Positions 1 through 9,585 of a stretch of DNA of 64,000 bases are shown piece after piece. The notes under the pieces were generated by a model that saw only the letters and a program-made list of their open reading frames with translations, was not told the DNA's origin and did not search any database. This DNA is from Leptolyngbyaceae cyanobacterium (GTDB lineage: Bacteria; Cyanobacteriota; Cyanobacteriia; Phormidesmidales; Phormidesmidaceae). The stretch lies in NCBI GenBank assembly GCA_965263355.1, contig CBDHHL010000046.1:98554-162553 (forward strand), read 5' to 3'. Made by a program: the position numbers and the translations under genes. How positions within the stretch are numbered: position 1 is the first letter of the stretch; each line of letters begins with the position of its first letter.

Positions 1-1382
1 ATGACCTCTAAGCCCCCTCGGGAGGCGAAGTTCTGTCCGAGCACTTCCTGAATGGCTGTGAATGATGCAGCCCCACTACGAGTAGCTACACGTTGGGTTC
101 CTCGTTGTTGGAGTTGTGTCATTGACAGCCGCCCTTCTTGCAGATCCCTTAAAGTGTCCCTGTCAATACGACCAGTAAATCTACCATTGGCATACTCACC
201 CAAGCCTGCCATAGCTAATCGACCTATAGAGCTACCACTCATATTTTGAAGAGATTGAGTAAGTCTTTGAGCGAGTTGTTGTTGACCTTGGATACCGCTT
301 TGGCCAGTTAATCCAACAACATCTTGATCTGTTAATACGCCTGAACGAACTGCCTGACTAACATCCAACAAAGATCTTTGCGCTAAAAAGGCTCCTGCAG
401 ATAGATTTCCACCACGGGCAAACGAGCCCTGCGCCCCCGCTTGCATGGTTTGTTGCAAAGCCGCAGCACCTCCAGCACCAAGGGCTGTAGCGGTTAAAGC
501 AGACCCCATGACATCACTACTTCGCCAGACACCCATCCTTCGCATGCTCCCAAACAACTGAGAGGCCTCTTCCAGCGAGGTACCCATCACTTCGGCAATG
601 GTCTTAGTTTGAGCAACTAACTTACCAAACCGTTCTTTAAATTGGGCTGCATTAGTAATGTCATTAAGCGCCCCCATAGAACCAAACTGGTCCATGAGTT
701 TTTGGAGATCTTTCATGGCCAAGATGGTGTCTTGGCTTGCCATTTCTCCAAGTACCGCAGAAAAATTTCGAATTTGGCCCGGTGAGAAATTGCCTCCAGG
801 CCGGATTACTTGACCAGAACCATAAGCGGGCCCAAAATAAGCACCTGACCGAGTGCGCATAAAGGCATTATTTTGAGCACCCTCATAAACGAGACCAGCC
901 CCTTCATGGACAGCAGCACCAATAGCTAAAGGAGCTGCGACAGACGTTCCAAGACCCACAGCACCTCGAGTTAGAACTGGAAGACCCTCTCTCAAACCAC
1001 CGTGAGCAACAGCGCGAGCCATATGTGCCGTCGCGCCAAAAAACCCAGAAGAAGCCGGAGCTCCTGCGCCTAACGCCAAACCTCGTCCTGCCATGGTGAA
1101 AGGGTCTAAAATGGCTGCCGAACGAGCCAGCCCCAAACCACCCGCCAAAGCCAAACCCGTATAGGCACCAACCGATGCACCGCTCAAGCCACCAACTACA
1201 GACGCACCACTCAAATTATCCGAAGAAATGGGTGTGGAAAATATGGGGGAGGCAAGCGGGGGAGTCGCTTGTGATTGGCCGTAGAGTTGTGCACCCACAA
1301 TACGGGAGTAATTGGCTTGATTAGCAAACATGGCTGTCTGTCCAGACATGTTCTGGCTAATCTGTTGGCTAGTTAGTACCAC
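1..1382 (-). CDS. Tape-measure-like large virion protein, 5' part (runs off the left edge; absent from the ORF track)
   Basis: Open minus-strand frame from GTG at 1382 (VVLTSQQISQNMSGQTAMFANQ...) to base 1. Ala/Gly/Gln-rich and helical with Gly-rich hydrophobic segments. Upstream TAGAAT 7 nt before the start. Confidence 0.6.
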   Translation of the reverse strand, partial: MVLTSQQISQNMSGQTAMFANQANYSRIVGAQLYGQSQATPPLASPIFSTPISSDNLSGASVVGGLSGASVGAYTGLALAGGLGLARSAAILDPFTMAGRGLALGAGAPASSGFFGATAHMARAVAHGGLREGLPVLTRGAVGLGTSVAAPLAIGAAVHEGAGLVYEGAQNNAFMRTRSGAYFGPAYGSGQVIRPGGNFSPGQIRNFSAVLGEMASQDTILAMKDLQKLMDQFGSMGALNDITNAAQFKERFGKLVAQTKTIAEVMGTSLEEASQLFGSMRRMGVWRSSDVMGSALTATALGAGGAAALQQTMQAGAQGSFARGGNLSAGAFLAQRSLLDVSQAVRSGVLTDQDVVGLTGQSGIQGQQQLAQRLTQSLQNMSGSSIGRLAMAGLGEYANGRFTGRIDRDTLRDLQEGRLSMTQLQQRGTQRVATRSGAASFTAIQEVLGQNFASRGGLEV

Positions 1383-1412
1383 TCAATCAATTCTACAGTA
1401 GGGCATAAGACC

Positions 1413-1679
1413 TCAAAAACGTCCTTTAGATTTTTGATATAAGTACCCTTCTATCGCCAGTTTCTCCCAGTCAGACAAGCCTTGAGCGTAGTCCAATACC
1501 CCGCATTTCTGCAGATACTCATGAAATCTCTGTACTTCCTGCCGACAATGAATCCTCAAGGCCTCACCTCCTTCCACTAGCAAGGGAGATTCAGAACTCA
1601 CTGGGTACCCAGCAAACTCCAAAGACAAGGAGAAAGTACTCTCGGTTACTACTTCCTCTGTTGTTTCTTCATTTCCCAT
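1413..1679 (-). CDS. Hypothetical protein
   Basis: ORF with a GGAGGG SD, overlapping the end of the upstream gene. Confidence 0.65.
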   Translation of the reverse strand: MGNEETTEEVVTESTFSLSLEFAGYPVSSESPLLVEGGEALRIHCRQEVQRFHEYLQKCGVLDYAQGLSDWEKLAIEGYLYQKSKGRF

Positions 1680-2055
1680 AATCCCCTCCAAACTCTGTCA
1701 CAGGTTCTGAGTCCTCTTCAAAGGTGAGTTTCTCTCCTAAATACCACTCAGTTAACTTGTCAGGCCAGTTCGGCAAAGACTGAAATTTACTAAAATCGGA
1801 AAATATCTCCCGTAAAACACCTGGGATTAAATGAGCTTCTTCAGGCCCATTTTTTAGTTGTAAGCTAAAATAACGGATAAAACAAGCTAGCTGAATTTCT
1901 AAATTTTGCACTGTTTCTTCTAGCCTACCAATCCGATCATGATGAGAAATCAACAAGTCTTTGTGATCATCCAAGTCATGAATCAGTGGGTTTTCGAAGA
2001 CTCTTCTTTCCTTTTTTGTCTCGATTTCCCAATTTGGATTTTGTTGGTCTTTCAT
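1669..2055 (-). CDS. Hypothetical protein
   Basis: 128-aa ORF in a tightly packed minus-strand operon. Confidence 0.65.
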   Translation of the reverse strand: MKDQQNPNWEIETKKERRVFENPLIHDLDDHKDLLISHHDRIGRLEETVQNLEIQLACFIRYFSLQLKNGPEEAHLIPGVLREIFSDFSKFQSLPNWPDKLTEWYLGEKLTFEEDSEPVTEFGGDYGK

Positions 2056-2275
2056 ATCTACTTACCTTAGTTTCACCAATCTCCTCCATCTCCTGATTTA
2101 GAGGTTCTAAAGTTTGTTCTACTTCGGACATGACCATCCGAATACTATCCGAGTCCAATGAATGTAGATGAGAATTTTCTAGCGCATCATCAAGATGGTC
2201 CAGAATGTACTCATACACCGCTTTTTTATGCGTAACGACTGTCAGTCGCTCGTTTAGGTCTTTAAAAGTAGCCAT
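1976..2275 (-). CDS. Hypothetical coiled-coil protein
   Basis: ORF preceded by TAGAAT-N6-ATG. Confidence 0.65.
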   Translation of the reverse strand: MATFKDLNERLTVVTHKKAVYEYILDHLDDALENSHLHSLDSDSIRMVMSEVEQTLEPLNQEMEEIGETKVSRYERPTKSKLGNRDKKGKKSLRKPTDS

Positions 2276-2288
2276 GATTACATTCTAG

Positions 2289-3008
2289 TTAGGCAGTCAA
2301 AGCACCAAGAATACGAGTTCTTAACTCGGCACCATAGCTAATATCCTTAATGATGTTTTTCATAGAATAACGTAATGTGCCCGCCTTTTTATTTCTAGCC
2401 CTTCTTGCCGAGTTATAAACATCGCCCTTCTTATAATTAACTGTGTCGTACGCCCTAATGTCCAAGGGTGCATGCTTAATAACTATGTCAGCTTTAGAAC
2501 CCAGCCTTAGCCAAAACTGTGCCGCCCTATCTGCAATCTGCTTAAGAGTAGCACAATCCATCCCATATTCTGGGAGGGTAATTGGGAGCTCCTGAACTTT
2601 TGACTTATCTAAACCCTCTCTAATCGCAAGGTTTAAAAAAGTTTCTTTGGTGTCGGGGCAGATAAAACTTTCTCGAAGACACTTAGGACAAACAGTGTGA
2701 TATTCCGCAGCAGCAGAATCTCTAATAGGTGCTCTACAGTCCGCATAGCCACACCAACGAACAAGAGTATCCATAGACTTATTAAGCCTGCCAGTTTCCC
2801 ATGCTATAATGGAACAACTGTTTTCAGCCTTAAAAAGGCTGCGACGAGTACCGAAAAGTATTTCCAACTTGAACGGCGCTAGCTCTTCATAACCTCCCAA
2901 CGTATCGTACTTAGCCAAGCCAGCATTTTTTTTGATCTCATCAACCCACACTTTTGAGGGAGAATACAGTTGCTTAATTTCATTGTGAGCAACCTCGTTA
3001 GTTTCCAT
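2289..3008 (-). CDS. Hypothetical protein with a putative Zn-binding Cys cluster
   Basis: 239-aa ORF; CGYADC and CPKC motifs. Confidence 0.7.
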   Translation of the reverse strand: METNEVAHNEIKQLYSPSKVWVDEIKKNAGLAKYDTLGGYEELAPFKLEILFGTRRSLFKAENSCSIIAWETGRLNKSMDTLVRWCGYADCRAPIRDSAAAEYHTVCPKCLRESFICPDTKETFLNLAIREGLDKSKVQELPITLPEYGMDCATLKQIADRAAQFWLRLGSKADIVIKHAPLDIRAYDTVNYKKGDVYNSARRARNKKAGTLRYSMKNIIKDISYGAELRTRILGALTA

Positions 3009-3015
3009 CTTTACA

Positions 3016-3459
3016 TTAGCCCGGGATTATGCGGGCACCTTTCTTATTTTGATCAGTTTGTATATTCGACTTATTGCCCAGCAAGGGTTGCTCTTCCACT
3101 TCTTTGATTGGGATATGTTCGGAAATGATGTCAAAAAGTTTAGAGGCTACCTCTTCCGTGACTAGGCCTTCGCCACTTAAAGCTATTGCCCAACCCCTAA
3201 CTAACTTGTTATTTTCAACAAGGAGAAGTTGTTTGCCAATAAAGACAGATAACCCAGCCTCCTTTCCAAAAACCAACAAAGCATAAGCTAATGTATTGGC
3301 AAAAGCCCTTTCCTTATCATAATGTATACGCCCCAAGAATTGTATTTCTTTATTAGCTACAGAAGCCTCTACAACTTGATACAACTCTGTGGCATTTAAT
3401 AATTCTTTTAGCTTCAACGCTACAGGTTCTGTGTTATCCCAAAGGTCATTACGACTCAT
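3016..3459 (-). CDS. Hypothetical protein
   Basis: 147-aa ORF in operon. Confidence 0.7.
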   Translation of the reverse strand: MSRNDLWDNTEPVALKLKELLNATELYQVVEASVANKEIQFLGRIHYDKERAFANTLAYALLVFGKEAGLSVFIGKQLLLVENNKLVRGWAIALSGEGLVTEEVASKLFDIISEHIPIKEVEEQPLLGNKSNIQTDQNKKGARIIPG

Positions 3460-4030
3460 GTTCTACTCCAAATGTGAAAGATGCATTAGAAGGCGCAACC
3501 TGGTCAGGCACATCCATAGTTAATTTCACCAAAAAATTTACATCTCTTAAAATAGCTTGGCGAAAGGCTGAACCAGTGAGAACTAAGGTCTCAGTCGGCA
3601 AAGAAGAGTCATACCGTATGGGCAACCCCAGTAAATTGTCTGTCAAGAAAGGTTCTCTTAACCAACTGCGCAAAGCGTTTAAAGAGCCAACTACCCAGCA
3701 AAACCCATATCTGTTTTTTTCTTGTAATGCGTGTATGGCTCGAGCCAATTGCTCCCAACCACTACCTTCAAAAGCTGGTTCCACGAGAATGGCATTTTGC
3801 ATTATTGTCTGTAAAGCAATGTCCTCCATTTCCAAAGTATTTCTTTTAACTAGGCGAAATACTCGAATCGGATAACCCACTTCAATATAGAATCGCGTGA
3901 CTGAGCCAGGTTTTTGATAGACATCCGAGATCAGCTTACTGAGATCCTCCACTGTATTAGGCATTGAGTACTCCTCACATACCTCGGTTGTGGTTGAACT
4001 ATCATATTTGTGGGATGTCGAGTTCATCAA
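3449..4030 (-). CDS. Hypothetical protein (start may be 3964)
   Basis: ORF in operon. Confidence 0.65.
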   Translation of the reverse strand: MMNSTSHKYDSSTTTEVCEEYSMPNTVEDLSKLISDVYQKPGSVTRFYIEVGYPIRVFRLVKRNTLEMEDIALQTIMQNAILVEPAFEGSGWEQLARAIHALQEKNRYGFCWVVGSLNALRSWLREPFLTDNLLGLPIRYDSSLPTETLVLTGSAFRQAILRDVNFLVKLTMDVPDQVAPSNASFTFGVEHES

Positions 4031-4238
4031 TATCTGCCTCTTTCAATGCAATACGAATACTGGCCAAGGTCAGTGGCGTATCATCAGCTAAATCTCGTAA
4101 GTGCTGTAATAAGGTCGTTAAGACCACATCCGAACGCACCCCGCGGCCTTTTGCATAGTTGCTTAACCAACGTTTAAGATTTGGATCAGTAGAAAATGAG
4201 ATCCTGTTCTTCTTTCGGTTAAGTCTGTTTTTCGTCAT
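4002..4238 (-). CDS. Small DNA-binding protein, possibly ribbon-helix-helix
   Basis: RISFSTDPNLKRWLSNYAKGRGV strand-helix-helix pattern; basic. Confidence 0.45.
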   Translation of the reverse strand: MTKNRLNRKKNRISFSTDPNLKRWLSNYAKGRGVRSDVVLTTLLQHLRDLADDTPLTLASIRIALKEADIDELDIPQI

Positions 4239-4930
4239 GAAGACCTCACTCTATGATTCTTGAAGATTTCTGAGTGAAATGACCCCAACCTAGACTTTAA
4301 TCCTTTCGATTCAAGTCCTTTGTACAAATACTCCCAAGGAAATAAAGGTCCTGGGTCTGATTTCCTACCCAGAGGAGTAGCCACGCTCTCATGACCAACA
4401 ATCCTAGAAAAATCTATCTTCTTAGATTTACATAAATACGTGCATAAATCTAACAAAGCGACTAACTGCTTTTGGGAAAAAGGAGCCCAATAGCCATCCA
4501 ATACATGACCGTCAGCATATTTAAGAATCGCACGTTGTGGCTCTCCATAAGTACTGGAGTCATACCGGAACTCTTTTCGACCAATATAATAGCCCCAACT
4601 CCCAGTTGATGACTGAAAAACCATACCCGGATTGGCCAACTCAATTCCCACAGCAGATCGATCACATCTATTTGTCAGCAGTTTGCCATTTGAAAAAAAC
4701 TGTCCCCGACCAACATGCCAAGTACGTTCTTCTAAGGGAGCCAACTGATAAATTGTTCCATCAAAATCCACAACGAAATGAGCTGAGGCTTTAGCTTCTG
4801 GATTACAAAGCCATTTAGCAGCTCTTTTTCCCGAAAGCCCTCCAGTGTAATGGACAGTTATCCAATCAATCTTGTACCTCCCTCTAGAAGATACATTAGG
4901 GGTGGAATACGTCTTATCAAACTTTATCAT
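4235..4930 (-). CDS. N-acetylmuramoyl-L-alanine amidase (Amidase_2/AmpD-like), probable endolysin
   Basis: ITVHYTG, ASAHFVV, TWHVG, GIEL, IVGHESV and RKSDPGPLFPW motifs. Confidence 0.9.
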   Translation of the reverse strand: MIKFDKTYSTPNVSSRGRYKIDWITVHYTGGLSGKRAAKWLCNPEAKASAHFVVDFDGTIYQLAPLEERTWHVGRGQFFSNGKLLTNRCDRSAVGIELANPGMVFQSSTGSWGYYIGRKEFRYDSSTYGEPQRAILKYADGHVLDGYWAPFSQKQLVALLDLCTYLCKSKKIDFSRIVGHESVATPLGRKSDPGPLFPWEYLYKGLESKGLKSRLGSFHSEIFKNHRVRSS

Positions 4931-5195
4931 TCCAACTGACCCTCGTCAAAAGCTCAAGAGCCTCTCTAAGACCCTCAAGAGTCGGATGGGCTTCGCAGCA
5001 CATATCTATGACACGGGCATTCAACAGGACTAGATCGGGTTCTTGGCCTGAAAACTCCTCAGAGAGCTTTCGGTCCATGTTCTTAACCAGTTCAGCATCC
5101 ATAGCTAAAAAGAAAGGTAGCCACGTCCACTTCACTTCCAATATACTTGCGTCATCAAACGTCGGCTGCACTAAGTCCGGCACTTTCCACCTCAT
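4917..5195 (-). CDS. Hypothetical protein
   Basis: ORF overlapping both neighbours in operon. Confidence 0.6.
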   Translation of the reverse strand: MRWKVPDLVQPTFDDASILEVKWTWLPFFLAMDAELVKNMDRKLSEEFSGQEPDLVLLNARVIDMCCEAHPTLEGLREALELLTRVSWNDKV

Positions 5196-5505
5196 AAAGT
5201 TCCTTGATTTTTGTCAAATCTAACACTTCCATCTCAACTGAATCTATATTTAGGAAACAATCATTTCGTCCTAAACCAGGAAAGGCCCCCTGAATGTAAC
5301 CTCGATAAGCAATATAGGCCCCGGGCTTTAAGTCAGTGACCTCATGCCCCACTGACAGCACCCTGCCCCGACTATAACCAATCTTTTGTATGCCTCCCCC
5401 ATCCTCTGCATAAACCCCTGAAGCAGCAACTTCCAGACTTAAGTCGGGATTCCTTAACCTCAAATTCTCGACATGAACCCATTTCCCATAAGCTCGCAAC
5501 ATCAA
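5155..5505 (-). CDS. GroES/Cpn10-like co-chaperonin
   Basis: LRAYGKWVHVE ... SGVY ... GRVLSVGHEVTDLKPG matches the Cpn10 pattern. Confidence 0.7.
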   Translation of the reverse strand: MMLRAYGKWVHVENLRLRNPDLSLEVAASGVYAEDGGGIQKIGYSRGRVLSVGHEVTDLKPGAYIAYRGYIQGAFPGLGRNDCFLNIDSVEMEVLDLTKIKELYEVESAGLSAADV

Positions 5506-5789
5506 ATACTCTCCAAGTCTAACTTACTTCCTTCAACCTTATTTGTTATACCTTCTGAAAACCAAGAATTAGATGCAGAGACAAGTTCCTTATTTGCAAC
5601 GCTCTTAGTTAAGATGAAACAGTTTTTAGAGTTGTTTTCCCGGAACACAATCCTCACACACACCTTGCCTTGACCATCCGTGTAACGTACCAGCAAAGGT
5701 ACCAGGGGTAAGACGCCCAAAACGGTTTGGACTGGTTGTTCTTGGACATCCACATTCTCTCTGGCAATGATTTGATTATATTGCATCAC
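5502..5789 (-). CDS. Hypothetical protein
   Basis: ORF in operon; AGGAG SD. Confidence 0.6.
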   Translation of the reverse strand: MMQYNQIIARENVDVQEQPVQTVLGVLPLVPLLVRYTDGQGKVCVRIVFRENNSKNCFILTKSVANKELVSASNSWFSEGITNKVEGSKLDLESI

Positions 5790-6048
5790 TCACAACTCCT
5801 TTATCTGAAACAGAACCAATTACTTGATCAATTTGAGGGACATTACCATCTACACGAATACAAATATTACTGGCATCTTCCAAAGTCACTGCATAATACG
5901 CTATGGTCTTACCAGATATAGGATCTCGTGATGGCACCATAGGGCTGGTTACAATTTCCTGCGATTTGAGCAATAGATCTAATTTGTGCTCAATACGCAG
6001 GACGGATGAGGCTATCTGCTTTAGCACATATAAGATACTGTTCAACAT
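5776..6048 (-). CDS. Hypothetical protein
   Basis: ORF in operon. Confidence 0.6.
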   Translation of the reverse strand: MLNSILYVLKQIASSVLRIEHKLDLLLKSQEIVTSPMVPSRDPISGKTIAYYAVTLEDASNICIRVDGNVPQIDQVIGSVSDKGVVSDAI

Positions 6049-6057
6049 AAAACCCCC

Positions 6058-6384
6058 TTATAATGACTCTACGCCCAATTCCTTATCTACGTACATAGAC
6101 ACAGACCTTGGGGGAGAAACGGGTGTAGTTTCTGAAGTCACAGATAACGTGGGAGAGTCTTGTCGAACCACACTAAACTCCTCCTCAGCTAATTCTACCT
6201 CTCCCTGTTGCAGCTCTTCCTCGTCTTGAAAGTCTTCTTTCAAATACACATCAACGAGTTGGCCTACTACACTCACTGGGGCTTCAATGAAGAACTCTCC
6301 TTGAGCAGTTCGTACAACAAAACCCCTCCCCTGTTGGCGTTCTTTTAGGTTAACAACGCCTTCCAATATCTGAATTATCTCCAT
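6058..6384 (-). CDS. Hypothetical acidic protein
   Basis: ORF in operon. Confidence 0.65.
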   Translation of the reverse strand: MEIIQILEGVVNLKERQQGRGFVVRTAQGEFFIEAPVSVVGQLVDVYLKEDFQDEEELQQGEVELAEEEFSVVRQDSPTLSVTSETTPVSPPRSVSMYVDKELGVESL

Positions 6385-6553
6385 GGAGTCCCTTTCAGTA
6401 AATCAAATGAAGGTGCAGGGTGCTGAGCCCGTTCTCGAGCATCTTCATAGTGTCGAACCAACAGAATATGACGAATATCTAAAAGAACCTCTAGAAGTAG
6501 CTCGTCCGTGGAAGACTCTGAAACAGAATCTGAAATCTGGCTCCTATGTCGCA

Positions 6554-6952
6554 TCATAAAGATTTCATTCTGCCTGCCCTTCGCATCTTCTCCAACATCT
6601 GAACTCTCTGGGCACCTGCTTTTAGTGCAGACCTTATCTTCCCTGGAACAAGCTTCCTGGTTACATTTGGGCGTACCTTCAACCCTTTTTGTGCTGTCCA
6701 CCTATCCAAAACCTTCTTATCTTCCCCTTCCACATTTTGAGAGGTTCCTCCTAAATATGGTAAGGCGGATTTCATATAGCGCTCAAATGACGCATCTAAT
6801 TTTATTTTTCCGTCTGCGTGTGGAGCTAACATAGCCTCCACGAGTACTCGATTGCCTAAGTACTCTGTAAATTGCTTCCTTTGTGCAAACACGCCCATCA
6901 ATGTCTCCAAGAGGGACCTAGGCGGAGGAAGAACACCCAGATCGTAGTACAT
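6554..6952 (-). CDS. Putative frameshift extension of the tail assembly chaperone (gpT-like frame)
   Basis: The -1 frame is open from the slippery site at 6985-6991 into this ORF. Confidence 0.65.
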   Translation of the reverse strand: MYYDLGVLPPPRSLLETLMGVFAQRKQFTEYLGNRVLVEAMLAPHADGKIKLDASFERYMKSALPYLGGTSQNVEGEDKKVLDRWTAQKGLKVRPNVTRKLVPGKIRSALKAGAQRVQMLEKMRRAGRMKSL

Positions 6953-6981
6953 GGCTACCTTAGCCCAACCCCTCGGAGATT

Positions 6982-7848
6982 CTAAAAACCCTTTATATTA
7001 TCAATTGTCAAAAGTGCGTGAGCCCGTTCATTCAACCAGTCAAACTGGATGAGTAAATCCAAAAATATGGGAGAGGCTAAGCGCTCTATAAACTGCAACT
7101 TCGCTTCAAATAATTCTGGAACAATCGCTTCTCTAGTCAAGTCATCAATATGGACTCTATGAGATGGAATCTCACGTCCGTTAATGGCTTCTAGGGCACA
7201 AGTAGCATAATACAAAGACTGCGTAGCTTGAACATACGCGTCTGAACCTTTTATGCCGAAAAGAGCCTCAAGAGTGTATCTTCTCTCGTACTCTTTTAGG
7301 GTTCTCAATCGAAATACATAATCATCCCGAATTACTATATCTTGCGAAACACTGCCATGAATAACCAGGTCCGAAAAGTTTAAGGGTGCTAGTCGAGCCT
7401 CGATGGCTGCTCTGCGCTTTGGGTCAGTAAGTCTTCTCCAGGTTGGTGACTGATTCACCTCCCCCAAACTTGAAGAAAATAAATCCTGAAAGGGTGATTG
7501 AACAACCTCGTCTTCCGCAAAAGCTTGTTGTTCTTCCAGCCTGTCCGCTTTTCCAGCAGACAAAGGGCCTACAGAGCTAGGGGTCGGCATTTGCTCCATG
7601 GTTTCTGGAGACGAAGCTGGCTCTCTCAGCAGCCTAGAAACCTCAGGATTCAAACTACGAGTAAGACTAGCGTCAACTTCCTCGACCTTTTCAGATCCTC
7701 CAGGAGGAGAGATCGCTGACTTCATCGAACGCATCCCTTCAGCTAGTTTTGCCATCTTTGTTTGGTCCGGAGATTTTGCCCTACCTAGGGGCATTCGGAC
7801 AGATTTTGCTTGAGTAACCGGGTCATTTTGTGGTTCGTTTATTTTCAT
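6982..7848 (-). CDS. Putative tail assembly chaperone (gpG-like)
   Basis: Low-complexity N-terminus, globular C-terminus (FRLRTL...ALEAINGREI); ends AAG GGT TTT TAG. Confidence 0.6.
   Translation of the reverse strand: MKINEPQNDPVTQAKSVRMPLGRAKSPDQTKMAKLAEGMRSMKSAISPPGGSEKVEEVDASLTRSLNPEVSRLLREPASSPETMEQMPTPSSVGPLSAGKADRLEEQQAFAEDEVVQSPFQDLFSSSLGEVNQSPTWRRLTDPKRRAAIEARLAPLNFSDLVIHGSVSQDIVIRDDYVFRLRTLKEYERRYTLEALFGIKGSDAYVQATQSLYYATCALEAINGREIPSHRVHIDDLTREAIVPELFEAKLQFIERLASPIFLDLLIQFDWLNERAHALLTIDNIKGF
6985..6991 (-). other. Programmed -1 frameshift slippery heptamer G GGT TTT
   Basis: X XXY YYZ pattern in correct phase directly before the stop codon. Confidence 0.75.
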
Positions 7849-8168
7849 TATTCTCCTCCTGTCTGGGAGACAATAACTTGTTTTGATAAGCCCCGAGGGC
7901 GTGTTTGAGTTCGAAGATTGAGTTGTGACCTTGCAACCTGAATAACTCGCCTACAAGACCCACAAGATGAGTGAATCCCTTGAGAGTTCGTAAATATCCT
8001 TGTAGGCCTTCCACAAAGATCGCAAAGAATTTCTTGGACACGCTGAGCCTGAGGTATTTGCTCCTCAGGAAGAGACACCTCTGCGGTTTTTTGCTCTGTA
8101 AAAAATCCCGCCCCAGGAGTTAAATCAACTTTTGACTCCTTGGGTCCACGTGATTTGGACATAATCAC
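7848..8168 (-). CDS. Zn-ribbon protein
   Basis: CDLC ... CGSC. Confidence 0.6.
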   Translation of the reverse strand: MIMSKSRGPKESKVDLTPGAGFFTEQKTAEVSLPEEQIPQAQRVQEILCDLCGRPTRIFTNSQGIHSSCGSCRRVIQVARSQLNLRTQTRPRGLSKQVIVSQTGGE

Positions 8169-8529
8169 CTTCCTTTTCTTCTACAATAACGGTTAAAGCC
8201 CCTAATCGAGCTGAGTGTTCTTTAACCTCTCCCAAGAATTTGTCGAATGCAGTTTGTACTTCAGGCCCTTTTATTCCGACAGTTTGTACTTCAACCGACA
8301 AGGAAACCACATCAGCAGTTGAATCCTCAAGTAATAGAGGTCCGGGAATCTGTTCATTGAGAATTCTCTTACAGGCTTGTGTTAACAATGCTTGCAACCG
8401 TGTATTGGCCAACAGAGGAGAAGCATTCCAAATGTCTTGAAGACTCGGCTGTTCTGGTGAGAAGGAGGTTTTAACAAATGAAATTTGCACTGCGAACTGA
8501 CAGTGCAAACTGTTAAGGAAGGCAGTCAA
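8125..8529 (-). CDS. Hypothetical protein
   Basis: ORF in operon. Confidence 0.55.
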   Translation of the reverse strand: MTAFLNSLHCQFAVQISFVKTSFSPEQPSLQDIWNASPLLANTRLQALLTQACKRILNEQIPGPLLLEDSTADVVSLSVEVQTVGIKGPEVQTAFDKFLGEVKEHSARLGALTVIVEEKEGDYVQITWTQGVKS

Positions 8530-8586
8530 CTGCTTTTGACTTGACAGCTACTTTTGTTTCTCGGAGCCCTCAATTTTAAGTCTTAT

Positions 8587-9468
8587 CTAGACTGAAGTTT
8601 TTTGGGAGGTTAAATACCCGACCAACTTATTGCGCAAGTTAGGGTTTCGAAAAATTTTCTCACTTGCTGCCTTTTCGCCCTGACCCAACAATAAGTCCGA
8701 CAAGTACAAAAAAGACCCTTTAGATGTAATAACCTGATTTTCTACACCCAACCTTACAAGGTCTAAGTCCTTCATAACCCCCATACCCTTCAAGAATGGG
8801 ATGGAGAAAACTACCCCTGGGGGAGCGTGACTAGACTTTCTGATGTCTATGATTTGAGAAAACCGATCTATGGAATTCATTTTTCGAGAGATGAACAAAC
8901 TACACTCTACAAGCTCAGATAATTTGGCAGATGCTGAGCGCACCTGTTGTGAGTTTCTTTGCAAATGTCTACTCCGTACTTGAGACGTACATATAATTAT
9001 GGAACCTGAAGGTAATAACTTTCGAATACTATCTAACCTACGACACCACCTATCTTCCCAACCAATCTCATTATCGATACTTGTGAGAGAATCAATCCCT
9101 AAACATATAGGCTGTTGAGAATTGAGTAAACTTTGCTCAAACATGCCAAAGTCACTTAATTCTCGAAGTAGCACTGTCTGATCGAGACAAAGTCCCAGTC
9201 GCTCAAAATAGTTAAGATCTAAGTAATCCCCCACACACAATAGAGTAAAAAAATTTGCCCTTTGGCAACTAGCCAGGACATGGCCTAAGAGTCCTGTTTT
9301 ACCTACCGACTCAACCCCGTAAAGCTCGGTAATACCTACTGGCAGGCCTCCCCCTAAAGCGCAGTCTAGGCGTAAAATCCCAGAAGGAACGACATGTGTG
9401 ATGCGATTTGATTGGGAAACTTGATTTATGTGTGTACGCAACAACTCCCGAACTTGCTCACTTTGCAC
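8587..9468 (-). CDS. recA: RecA/UvsX-like recombinase (divergent)
   Basis: SGILRLDCALGGGLPVGITELYGVESVGKT (Walker A), IDSLTS (Walker B), SQVR, and a RecA-like C-terminus (LGQGEKAA). Confidence 0.85.
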   Translation of the reverse strand: MQSEQVRELLRTHINQVSQSNRITHVVPSGILRLDCALGGGLPVGITELYGVESVGKTGLLGHVLASCQRANFFTLLCVGDYLDLNYFERLGLCLDQTVLLRELSDFGMFEQSLLNSQQPICLGIDSLTSIDNEIGWEDRWCRRLDSIRKLLPSGSIIICTSQVRSRHLQRNSQQVRSASAKLSELVECSLFISRKMNSIDRFSQIIDIRKSSHAPPGVVFSIPFLKGMGVMKDLDLVRLGVENQVITSKGSFLYLSDLLLGQGEKAASEKIFRNPNLRNKLVGYLTSQKTSV

Positions 9469-9585
9469 ACATTTTCTATGGCGGAAAGTTGCATTAATTT
9501 CACGTCAAAATTGAAGCAATGACAAACTTAAAAACAATCACAAATGGTCCTTGAAAAATAATGAGATTCCGCTATTTAGCCAAGA

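Noticed and set aside
52..249. Plus-strand ORF at the window start, and similar antisense ORFs such as 3474..3875, 12082..12582 and 37752..38192
   Set aside because: Shadows of longer, motif-bearing genes on the opposite strand.
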